From assembly GCA_038842485.1 (NCBI GenBank), contig JAWBSP010000009.1, forward strand, positions 1-45,030: a stretch of DNA of 45,030 bases. The letters are read 5' to 3'. Numbering within the stretch: the first letter of the stretch is position 1; every line of letters starts with the position of its first letter. The position numbers were made by a program, and so were the translations under genes. This stretch comes from Candidatus Hadarchaeales archaeon (GTDB lineage: Archaea; Hadarchaeota; Hadarchaeia; Hadarchaeales; JAWBSP01). The notes under the pieces were generated by a model, which was not told the origin of the DNA, searched no databases, and saw only the letters and a program-made list of their open reading frames with translations. Below are positions 17,638-25,524 of this stretch, piece after piece.

Positions 17638-18278
17638 CTAGGCCGGTAGATGAGGAGGAGGCCCTCACCAACCCTCTCCACCCGGATCAGCCTGAGCCAG
17701 AGACCGTTACGGACCTTCCTGAACCCCTCTCCACCCACCAGAGACTTGGCTCTCTCCCCCCCAAGAATTACGGGACAGACCGTGATGCGCAGCTCATCCA
17801 CCAAGCGGTTCTTGAGCATGCTCCAGTTTAGGGTGGAGCCTCCCTCTAGAAGGAGCTTCCTTATCCCAAGTTTGTACAGTTTTTCTAGCAGTTGCGGGAG
17901 ATCCACCGAGTCCCTGCCGGCGACCACCACCCTCACACCTTTCTGCTCCAACCGCCTCACCTTCTCCTTCTGGGCCTTCCTGCTCACAGCAAGCACGACG
18001 GGGGCGGAACCATCCAGCACCCTAGCGTGAAGAGGAATGGAGGCGGAGCTGTCTACCACCACCCTGATTGGATTCCTCCCCTTCACCAGCCTTACGGTGA
18101 GGGAGGGATTGTCCTTTAAAACGGTCCCGATCCCCACCATCACCGCGTCGACCTTGGACCGGAGGAGGTGCAATCTTCTGAGATCCTCACGGCAGGAGAG
18201 CTTGCTGTCACCTTCTACGGTTGCGATTTTGCCATCCACGCTCATGGCCATGTTAAGGACCACGAAGGGTCTGAGCAT
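17634..18278 (-). CDS. arfC: 2,5-diamino-6-ribosylamino-4(3H)-pyrimidinone 5'-phosphate reductase (RibD C-terminal family)
   Basis: RPFVVLNMAMSVDGKIA, DAVMVGIGTVLKDNPSLTVR, LLLEGG, LVDEL; start ATG 18278 with GGGGAG upstream. Confidence 0.88.
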   Translation of the reverse strand: MLRPFVVLNMAMSVDGKIATVEGDSKLSCREDLRRLHLLRSKVDAVMVGIGTVLKDNPSLTVRLVKGRNPIRVVVDSSASIPLHARVLDGSAPVVLAVSRKAQKEKVRRLEQKGVRVVVAGRDSVDLPQLLEKLYKLGIRKLLLEGGSTLNWSMLKNRLVDELRITVCPVILGGERAKSLVGGEGFRKVRNGLWLRLIRVERVGEGLLLIYRPR

Positions 18279-18332
18279 TCTTTTACTCCCCTGCGAACGT
18301 TGAAGGTTTTTAACCAGATTTCTCAAGTTGGG

Positions 18333-18542
18333 ATGATAAGAGGGTCCAAAATCCTTGGAATGGAGATTTACAACGACAAGGCAAGGCGCGTGGGAGAGGT
18401 GAAGGATCTAATGCTAGACGAGAAGAGGGGAATCTTGACGGGCTTCGCCTTAGAGACTAGGGGGCCATCCGCGCTTTGTGTTCCCTTTGAAACCGTTAAG
18501 GCGATAGGAGACATCGTCCTGGTAGCCGCCAAGGAGACCTAG
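18333..18542 (+). CDS. PRC-barrel domain protein (CdpB-like)
   Basis: SKILGMEIYND.ARRVGEVKDLMLD...VPFETVKAIGDIVLV; 69 aa from ATG 18333. Confidence 0.88.
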   Translation: MIRGSKILGMEIYNDKARRVGEVKDLMLDEKRGILTGFALETRGPSALCVPFETVKAIGDIVLVAAKET

Positions 18543-18598
18543 GAGCCCAAACTGGGGCGGCCCTTTTAAGCTCTTAAAAGCGACCGCTAAACTTTTGA

Positions 18599-19147
18599 AT
18601 GGCAGTTAAGGTCAAGGTTCAAAACATAGTTTGTTCCGTGATTTACGAAGGCGTGACCTTCCCCTTGGAGAAGATAGTGAAGGTGCTCGACAACGCGAGG
18701 TACGACCCTGAGGTGTTCCCGGGCATCGCTTACAAGTCCGAGAATCCTCCGGCCTCCTTTCTCATCTTCTCCTCTGGAAAAATGAATTGCGTGGGGGCGA
18801 GGAGCCTCAAGGATGCCCTGCTGGCGGTGAGGAAGCTTACCGCCAAGCTCAAGAAATGCGGGGTGAAAATCCGCAAGCCCCCGCGGGTGGAGATTCAGAA
18901 TATCGTGGCCTCGCTGGAGTTCGGACGGACCTTCGATTTGGAATCCATCGCTAGGACCTTCGAGAACGTTGAGTATGAGCCAGAGGTCTTCCCAGGTTTG
19001 GTGATGAGGCTAGATGAACCTAAAGCCGTTGTGCTGCTCTTTGTCTCGGGAAAGGGGGTTTGTGCTGGCTCTAAGAAATACAGCGACATCAAAAAGGCTG
19101 CCGAGATAGTGGACAAGCTCCTCCCACCGGCTTTTTCTGAGGGCTGA
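18599..19147 (+). CDS. tbp: TATA-box binding protein
   Basis: Two repeats: QNIVCS..YDPEVFPGIAY..LIFSSGKMNCVGA and QNIVAS..YEPEVFPGLV.R..LLFVSGK.VCAG. Confidence 0.98.
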   Translation: MAVKVKVQNIVCSVIYEGVTFPLEKIVKVLDNARYDPEVFPGIAYKSENPPASFLIFSSGKMNCVGARSLKDALLAVRKLTAKLKKCGVKIRKPPRVEIQNIVASLEFGRTFDLESIARTFENVEYEPEVFPGLVMRLDEPKAVVLLFVSGKGVCAGSKKYSDIKKAAEIVDKLLPPAFSEG

Positions 19148-20388
19148 TGCGTGTTGTTCTGGGGCGGTCCGAAGGTCTGAGGGGAGAGATTACCCCGTGG
19201 CCGTCGAAGTTCTTCACACAGTTTTCCGTTGCTCTCGCGGCACTCGGAGAGGGCAGGAGCGAGATAGGATCCCCACTGGCGGTTGAGGACACGCTCTGTC
19301 TCCTTCCCTCCCTTAAGAAGCTGGGGGTGGAGGTGAAGCGGACCCCGAGGAAGTGGACGGTGTGGGGGACTGCTGGAAAGCCGATGCCCACCGCCGGCGC
19401 AGTGGATGCGAAGGGGTCTGCCACCTCCCTCTCCCTCCTATGCTCAATCTCGGCGCTGGCTGGGAAGACCGTGGTTGTGACTGGGAATCCAAGTCTGCGC
19501 TCGCGCCCCCTGCCAGAGCTGTTGCGTGGCCTTCAGCGGGTCGGAGTTAGTGTTCTCTCCAGCAAGGAAACCGACTCCCCACCCTTTGTGATAATGGGGG
19601 CACGGCTGAGAGGTGGGCGTGTAAAGCTCAACATGCCGGACAAGTATCTTCCCTCCCTCATCCTCCCCTGTCTCTTCGGGGAGCGGAATTATCACCTGCA
19701 GGTCAAGGGAGGGAGAAGGCTTGAAATGGCCCTAAAGCTCCTAGCAGCAGGAAGCGTGAAAATTGCGAGTGATGGAGGACTCCGCATCCCGCGGGAGGTG
19801 CCGAAAGGTTTCAGAACAACCGTCCCCCCCGATCCCGACCTCTTGGCACCCTTCTCCACATTGGCGGTTCTGAGTGACTCCAAGATTCTGATAAGGGGGG
19901 AGGAGGAGGGAATCTTCCTGTCTCTGCTCAGGCGGTTCGGGCTGAAGGAAAGGAAGAGGGGGAAGACAATCCTCATCGAGGGACCTCAGCCTCCCACGCC
20001 CACCAAGTTGGATGTCTCAGGTTTCCCGGAGTTCTTCCCCCTCCTGTGCGTGACGGCTTGTTTTGCGAAAGGCACCAGTGTTCTGTTTGGGCTTTCCCCG
20101 GCGAGGAAGGCCAAAACAGATAGGGTTTCAACCATGGTGAAATCTCTCCGGAAAATGGGGGCAAGGATTAAGGAAGACAATAATCGGGTCATCATCAGGG
20201 GCCCCAGCGTTCTGAGGGGATGTACGGTGGATCCTGGGGAGGATCCGTGCACGGCTGCCGCTCTTGCGGTTGCGGGCTTGCTGGCGGAAGGGCAGACAAT
20301 CATTGAAAACGCTCAGGCTCTCAGACTGACTTATCCCGCCTTCCTAGCTTCGTTGAGGAGGCTGGGAGTTGAGTTGACGGTGGGTTAA
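19147..20388 (+). CDS. EPSP synthase (AroA)-fold protein, most catalytic residues absent
   Basis: LRGEI..PSK, LRSRP, TDR....L.KMGA.I, TYP.F...L..LG framework; DHR, SSQ and KE motifs replaced. Confidence 0.75.
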   Translation: MRVVLGRSEGLRGEITPWPSKFFTQFSVALAALGEGRSEIGSPLAVEDTLCLLPSLKKLGVEVKRTPRKWTVWGTAGKPMPTAGAVDAKGSATSLSLLCSISALAGKTVVVTGNPSLRSRPLPELLRGLQRVGVSVLSSKETDSPPFVIMGARLRGGRVKLNMPDKYLPSLILPCLFGERNYHLQVKGGRRLEMALKLLAAGSVKIASDGGLRIPREVPKGFRTTVPPDPDLLAPFSTLAVLSDSKILIRGEEEGIFLSLLRRFGLKERKRGKTILIEGPQPPTPTKLDVSGFPEFFPLLCVTACFAKGTSVLFGLSPARKAKTDRVSTMVKSLRKMGARIKEDNNRVIIRGPSVLRGCTVDPGEDPCTAAALAVAGLLAEGQTIIENAQALRLTYPAFLASLRRLGVELTVG

Positions 20389-20559
20389 CCGGGTTTTCGT
20401 TCTGCCAAGGGGCTCCAACAAAATGCGTAAATTTCTCAGAATTTCTCACACACGTTCTGCAATATGTTTTTCCGCAGAACGATATATGAAGTTTTCTGTT
20501 TTTTCACAGAACAACTCATCGAAGTTTGAACTATTGAGCTCAGGTCAATGTGTAACCTG

Positions 20560-20750
20560 ACGATCGCGCAAAGTATCTCGTCAAGTGGCAAGAGGTGGCG
20601 GTCCTCCAAGTTGATGTAGATAGTCTTTCTGGGACCCCGACTTGACAGCTCGGCCATCGCGAGGAACATCAGGCAGGTCTTTCCCGGATCCCCCACTCAC
20701 GATGTCGTCCAGGTTTGGTTTCAAGGGATTTGTTCTCTTGACCCGAGGAA
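20560..20750 (-). pseudogene. Second decayed AAA_14-type ATPase N-terminal fragment
   Basis: DIVSGDPGKTCLMFLAMAEL...KTIYINLEDRHL resembles G..R.GKT..M....L...YINFED.R; no continuation. Boundaries approximate. Confidence 0.55.
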
Positions 20751-20766
20751 CCCTCGCTCCTATCCT

Positions 20767-21531
20767 CTATCTTGGCCAGCCCAGCAGCAGGCTGAGAAGA
20801 AGGGAGTAGAGATCGCCCAGCGCCAAGCCCCAGAGCAGGCCAGCCGCTAGAAAGGGACCGAAGGGTATTCCCTTCTTGATTCTTATCTTGTTTTCAAGCT
20901 TTCCCTTTTCCACCAAACTTTTGAGCTCCCTCACCTGCTCCTGAGTAAGACCGGCCGCCCTTCTGGGGTGCGCCAGGAGCTTGTCCCATTTGCCCCTCAC
21001 GAGCATCGAGGGCCTCTCCCTTCTCACCTCCTCCCCACTCAAGTAGATGAGCTCCGCCGGGATGTCCCCCTCCGAAAGCTCGGTGATCTTTACCTCCTCG
21101 TAGAATGCCCCCCTTCCCCGGAGCTTCTGAATCATTGCGAAGATGCATATTGCCGGAAGTGAGAGGAGCGCGCTGTTGAACAGGATGGTCAGTGGGAAGA
21201 GAGGATATCCCAAAAAGAGCGAGTGTGGCGGCGAGTAGCTTGGAACCCAAGCACCGAAGGCCGTGAAGAGCTTCACGTCTCCCCCCGCCCAGCCACCCGT
21301 CAGCCAGAGAAGATACGCGATGCCGAAGGAGAGGAGGGCGCCAATCCCCCCAAAGCAGGCGAGCGTGAGGTCTCCCCTTACCAAGCCCAAGAATGCATGG
21401 AAGAGGATTCCTCCGAAGATGGAGGGAAGGGTCAGCCAGTCCGGTATAATCCTTCCCCTGCACAGATCCCAGTAACTCGCAACCAGCGCGACCGGTACCA
21501 CCACAAACACAGGAAGGAGTTCCAGGTTCAA
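20767..21531 (-). CDS. A24-family prepilin/prearchaellin peptidase
   Basis: ASYWDL..RIIPDWL, WAGGDVKL (GxGD), C-terminal GIPFGPFL; multi-TM. Confidence 0.9.
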   Translation of the reverse strand: MNLELLPVFVVVPVALVASYWDLCRGRIIPDWLTLPSIFGGILFHAFLGLVRGDLTLACFGGIGALLSFGIAYLLWLTGGWAGGDVKLFTAFGAWVPSYSPPHSLFLGYPLFPLTILFNSALLSLPAICIFAMIQKLRGRGAFYEEVKITELSEGDIPAELIYLSGEEVRRERPSMLVRGKWDKLLAHPRRAAGLTQEQVRELKSLVEKGKLENKIRIKKGIPFGPFLAAGLLWGLALGDLYSLLLSLLLGWPR

Positions 21532-21992
21532 CCCAGCACCAGCCCCCTGACCTCCCTCTCCAGCTCCTCTACCTTGGATCGGAGTTTCAGGGCTAGTTCC
21601 ATAGTCACTTTCTTGGACTCGAGGGGTTCAAGTTTCTTAGAAATTTGCCCGAGCACCTCCAGCACCCTCTGCTGATTTACTTCCTCACGTAGCCTACCCT
21701 TCACCTCCCTCTCGTAAAGGGTCTCCACCTCCGTGCCTAGCCTCGCCAGTTCCATCAAACTTTCAATGTGATCCAGCTGTTCTCCAATTCTTTTCCCCAC
21801 CTCGGTCAATTCCACAAGCTTCGTCCTCCCCCTTCTCTCGGATTTCACGAGCCCCTCCTTGGCCAGTCGGTTGATGGTCCTCACGGTGTGAGCGTAGGTG
21901 CTGGAGGTCTGTCTCGCGATATCGGTCACGGTTGATGCTCCTCTCCCAAAAAGAAACTGTATTATTTCCGCTGCTTTTCCCTCTACTTTCAT
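21528..21992 (-). CDS. Winged-helix (MarR-like) regulator with C-terminal coiled coil
   Basis: TVTDIARQTSSTYAHTVRTINRL.KEGLV...RRGRTKLVELTEVG. Confidence 0.85.
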   Translation of the reverse strand: MKVEGKAAEIIQFLFGRGASTVTDIARQTSSTYAHTVRTINRLAKEGLVKSERRGRTKLVELTEVGKRIGEQLDHIESLMELARLGTEVETLYEREVKGRLREEVNQQRVLEVLGQISKKLEPLESKKVTMELALKLRSKVEELEREVRGLVLG

Positions 21993-22009
21993 CCAACATA
22001 CTCCAAAAC

Positions 22010-22084
22010 ATGCTTTTAAGAATAAGGTGTATTAAAAAAAATGTTTTTAAAAACACATGATTTAAAAAAAATGATTTAAAAGAT
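22010..22084. repeat. AT-rich imperfect direct repeats, five copies of roughly ATG(A/T)TTTAAAA at 14-17 bp spacing
   Basis: ATGCTTTTAAGA (22010), GTGTATTAAAAA (22027), ATGTTTTTAAAA (22041), ATGATTTAAAAA (22057), ATGATTTAAAAG (22071). Confidence 0.75.
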
Positions 22085-22289
22085 AGATTACCTTTAATAA
22101 GTCACTAACCCAAAACCTCGGGTGCTTTCGGGGAGGGGGTGATTTGTCGGAGGGGGATCATTTCGGATACTTTACCTTTAAAGAGGTATCTCGGGAAATG
22201 AAGAAAGGAGGGAAATGGGAAGAAAAACTCTTTTCAAAAGTAAAAATTATCCCCTTGATGAGTCTCAACCAGCCTAGATTACTTTAGAT

Positions 22290-22305
22290 AGGTATAAATA
22301 TACCT
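22290..22305 (+). promoter_or_regulatory. Perfect inverted repeat AGGTATA-AA-TATACCT overlapping a TATA-like box
   Basis: Seen directly, 15-30 bp upstream of GTG 22320; regulatory role inferred. Confidence 0.55.
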
Positions 22306-22319
22306 TTCAAAAGTCATAA

Positions 22320-22667
22320 GTGGAGGAGAGAGGCCCAGAGGGGTTACTGAACCTTGCGTACGGCAATCATCCCAAGAGCGCAAAACTCAAAAATGAAGGG
22401 GCGAGGATCCTCCGGGCCCTTAGGGAGGGAGCAAAAACATTGGAAGAATTGGCGCAGACTCTCTCGATAGACTTGACCCAACCAGCCGCAAGGAAGCACT
22501 TCTATCTGGTGATGAGGCCCCTCAGGGAGAAGGGGATGGTGGGGGTGAGCAGGGTGGGGGGGAAGCGCCTCTACCACGTCAGTTTGGATGGTTTCAACAT
22601 TTTCTGGAAGAGCATCAGAAGGGAGGCTGAGTATTGGTTAAAAGAGAAAGTTGAAGAAGAAGGATGA
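22320..22667 (+). CDS. Winged-helix domain hypothetical protein
   Basis: RILRALREGAKTLEELAQ.L...FY.VMRPLREKGMV....GGKRLYHVS. Confidence 0.75.
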   Translation: MEERGPEGLLNLAYGNHPKSAKLKNEGARILRALREGAKTLEELAQTLSIDLTQPAARKHFYLVMRPLREKGMVGVSRVGGKRLYHVSLDGFNIFWKSIRREAEYWLKEKVEEEG

Positions 22668-22966
22668 CCAAGAAAACCGGATCCAAAACGCTGAAGGCGA
22701 GGCAATTGATGAAGGCCGCGAGGATGTGGAGACAGATTCAGCGCCTGAGAGAGGAGGGGGTAAAACTCGAGGCTCCCCCGCTCACCAAGGAGGAGGCCAA
22801 GCAGAAGGAGGAGGAACTTGAGAAGCTGTATCTGGAGCTGACGGGTGGGCAGAGCACTCAGGTGGCTGAGGAAGCACCTTCGGAGGAATCGGGCGGCGGG
22901 GGGGAATCCACTGAAACCGGTGAGGAGTTAGAGGGGGAGGAAGCGGAGGCAGAGGGAAGTCAGTAG
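22664..22966 (+). CDS. Hypothetical protein, basic N-terminus and acidic low-complexity tail
   Basis: ATGA overlap with upstream gene; purine-rich coding pattern like neighbouring genes. Confidence 0.65.
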   Translation: MTKKTGSKTLKARQLMKAARMWRQIQRLREEGVKLEAPPLTKEEAKQKEEELEKLYLELTGGQSTQVAEEAPSEESGGGGESTETGEELEGEEAEAEGSQ

Positions 22967-23857
22967 AGGAATACTCAAGTTATCCACTCCTCGGGTGGTT
23001 ACTGATTCCACAGCTGTAACGATAGCAGCTGTTGCGAGCGAAAGAAGGAGAGAGTATTTGAGCAACACAAGAGCCGCTGCCGAAATCGCAAAGAAGGAGA
23101 GGGATCCCTCCAGAGTTTTACCCCAGAGCAGTTTTCTCCTGCCAAATTTGGTTCCCACCAGCGTGGCGGCGGGGTCGGCAAAGCCCAGCAAGGCGAGGGA
23201 AGGGATTATGTATTTTGGCAGCCATAGAAAGACTACCAGCACCCCACCGAGGAAGAAGAAGGAAGGGAAGTAAAATCTTTCCGCGGGTCCCGCTGTGCCC
23301 GTCCACTGGTACGAAATCCTCCTAAGTCTACTAGCAGGTCTACTTGGCTCGGCGAAGTTGGGGGAGTAGAAGGACTTGAAGAATTCCCCCGCCAAAAAGG
23401 CCACAGCCATGAACATTAAGAGGAGAAAAGCCAGTTCGGTGCCGGTGAACTCCACGAAGTACATTAGTGCGATTACGCCCATGAGTTGACCGACCGCCCT
23501 GAAACGGTAGGGATCGATTCCTGCCTGCCACCCCCAGGCCCCCAGCCTCGCCTTTCTGGAAATCAGGAGACCCAAGCCTATGAAGGCCAAAGAGAGGCAC
23601 ACTCCCAGTGAGAAGGGGACCAGCTTTGGTCTGAAAACGGTTTCTAGAAGCTCTTTTCCCTCGGACGCCCAGTTCCTGAGTCTCCAATCGTAAAACGGAA
23701 TCACGGCTAGGAAAGCGGGGATTATCGGAAAGAAGGATGCCAGGAAAACATTCCTGACCTTCTTCCTCCAGAAATGGAAGACCAGAAGATATACCACCAC
23801 GAACCAAACCGTCATGAATCCAGCCTTCAAAACCAGCGCACTTATTTCACCCATCAA
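22928..23857 (-). CDS. CTP-dependent dolichol/phytol kinase-like membrane protein
   Basis: Multi-TM; LGFADPAATLVG.KFG, KTLEGS, VES....VDNLSIP motifs. Confidence 0.82.
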   Translation of the reverse strand: MMGEISALVLKAGFMTVWFVVVYLLVFHFWRKKVRNVFLASFFPIIPAFLAVIPFYDWRLRNWASEGKELLETVFRPKLVPFSLGVCLSLAFIGLGLLISRKARLGAWGWQAGIDPYRFRAVGQLMGVIALMYFVEFTGTELAFLLLMFMAVAFLAGEFFKSFYSPNFAEPSRPASRLRRISYQWTGTAGPAERFYFPSFFFLGGVLVVFLWLPKYIIPSLALLGFADPAATLVGTKFGRRKLLWGKTLEGSLSFFAISAAALVLLKYSLLLSLATAAIVTAVESVTTRGVDNLSIPLLTSLCLRFLPL

Positions 23858-23869
23858 GAAAAATCGGTT

Positions 23870-24562
23870 TCATTTTATTAAATTTGGGCTGAATTCGACC
23901 ACTCTCGCCCCCAGCTGTTTGAGCCACTCGAGCATCTCCCGACAGATTTGAAGTTTGAGCCTTTTTCTTGCTGGATTTTTTCTTCCCGAGTATTTTCCGA
24001 TCTCTCCCTCCGGATTCATCCCGGCTAGGTATATCAAGCTCGCCCCCAGCTCGTGAGCCAAAAAAGCGGCCCGATCTCCGTCCGTGAAGCCTCCGAAGTT
24101 GAACAGTTTCCCGAAGGGGCGGGTCTGGGTGGTTCCCAAGATTCGCGTGCGGATTCTGGGTACCACCTCTTTTACTCTGTGGAGATTGTCTCCATGCGCA
24201 TGCACCACCAACCAAGAACCCCTTGACCAAGCCTTCAGCTGATCCGATACCTTTCCATCCAAGTCGGTGACCACTATCTCCGGCCTGCGGTACTTCATCA
24301 CGGCCGAGGTCGCACCGTTCGCGGAGATGAGAACCTTCTTCAGAAACCCTCTCTTCCTCAGCTCTCGAAGGTCATCCTCCAGAGAAGGGGCCGCACCGAA
24401 AACGATGCACTCCTCGCCCCACACTATTGACATCAGCTTGTCCAGCTCCGGCTCTGGAAGGAGGTCGTTGAGCACCTTGGCGGCCCGCGCGTCTGCCTCC
24501 ACATCCAGCCCAAGCCTCTCGGCGATCTCCTCGTACCTCGGTTTCCAAATCTCCCACCTCAT
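23870..24562 (-). CDS. mptE: 6-hydroxymethyl-7,8-dihydropterin pyrophosphokinase
   Basis: W...Y.EI...LG....D, VVTDLDG, VHAHGDN, GTTQ, NFGGFTDGDRA, GKYS. Confidence 0.92.
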   Translation of the reverse strand: MRWEIWKPRYEEIAERLGLDVEADARAAKVLNDLLPEPELDKLMSIVWGEECIVFGAAPSLEDDLRELRKRGFLKKVLISANGATSAVMKYRRPEIVVTDLDGKVSDQLKAWSRGSWLVVHAHGDNLHRVKEVVPRIRTRILGTTQTRPFGKLFNFGGFTDGDRAAFLAHELGASLIYLAGMNPEGEIGKYSGRKNPARKRLKLQICREMLEWLKQLGARVVEFSPNLIK

Positions 24563-25524
24563 GCTAAGGTATCCCTCACCTGCCTAGTGGCCTCGACCAT
24601 CACCCTGAGCTTCGCCACGGCTTCCTCCTCAGTTCTAGTTTTCAGACCGCAGTCGGGATCTATCCAGACCTGCCTGGGGTTAAGAACTTCCAGTGCCTTC
24701 TGTATCCTGCTCTTCACCTGCTCCACTTTCTCAACCACATGCGAGTGGACATCTATGACCCCGAAGGAAATGTCCTTGGTGAAGGGATGTCTCCGGAAGA
24801 GCTCTACCAAGTCTAAGTCGCTGTTTGACATCTCTAGGTCAAAATTCTGAACCGGTAATCGGAGCATCTGGGGGTAAATGAACTCGAAGGCTCCGTAACA
24901 AACGTGGCAGATAAAATATGCGTTAACCCCCTCCGTCAGGATTTTTAGGGCTCGGTTTGCAATTGGGAGCTCCTCCGGTCTCGCGGAGAGAGCGGGCTCA
25001 TCTATCTGGATAATCCTAGCCCCCGCCCTGTAAAGGTTCCTCACCTCCTTCCTCAACTCACGTGCCAAGGCGAGGCAGGCCTGCTCCCGGCTGGGGTAGT
25101 ACTCGTTGAACGACCAGTCCATCATGGTGTAGGGTCCGGTAATGACCCCCTTCACCGGTTTTTGTGTTAGGCTTTGGGCGAACTCCCACCACTCGACCGT
25201 TATGGGACCCTGGTACCTCACCTCCCCTACGATGATCGGCTTTCTGTAGTACCTGTTTCCATAGCTCCTGACCAGTCCACCCATCCTGAACCCCGCCAGC
25301 TCCTCGGCAAAGTAGGCCACCATGTCACCGCGGTAAAACTCCCCGTCCACTAGCACATCCAGCCCGACTTCTTCTTGAATGCGTATCCATCTCTCCGTGG
25401 CTTCCCTCTCCAGTTTCCTCAGTTTCTCCCTCTCCACCTTCCTCCTTCTGGCCTCCACCAGCGCCAGAGGTTTGGGGAAGCTTCCGACTGCCGTGAGGGG
25501 AAGGAGGGGCAACTTCAGTTTCAT
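24559..25524 (-). CDS. metE: Cobalamin-independent methionine synthase, catalytic half (split MetE)
   Basis: VGSFPKP, DGEFYR.DMV.YF, VRSYG, TGPYT, IQIDEPA, Zn ligands HVC, LE and DPDCGLK. Confidence 0.9.
   Translation of the reverse strand: MKLKLPLLPLTAVGSFPKPLALVEARRRKVEREKLRKLEREATERWIRIQEEVGLDVLVDGEFYRGDMVAYFAEELAGFRMGGLVRSYGNRYYRKPIIVGEVRYQGPITVEWWEFAQSLTQKPVKGVITGPYTMMDWSFNEYYPSREQACLALARELRKEVRNLYRAGARIIQIDEPALSARPEELPIANRALKILTEGVNAYFICHVCYGAFEFIYPQMLRLPVQNFDLEMSNSDLDLVELFRRHPFTKDISFGVIDVHSHVVEKVEQVKSRIQKALEVLNPRQVWIDPDCGLKTRTEEEAVAKLRVMVEATRQVRDTLA

Noticed and set aside
18292-18301. Extra copy of the array palindrome (TGCGAACGTT)
   Set aside because: Only 10 of 14 contiguous bases, right arm broken and isolated; compatible with chance.
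21993-22319. Canonical archaeal oriC
   Set aside because: No cdc6/orc1 nearby and no clear ORB consensus; kept only as a weak alternative in findings.
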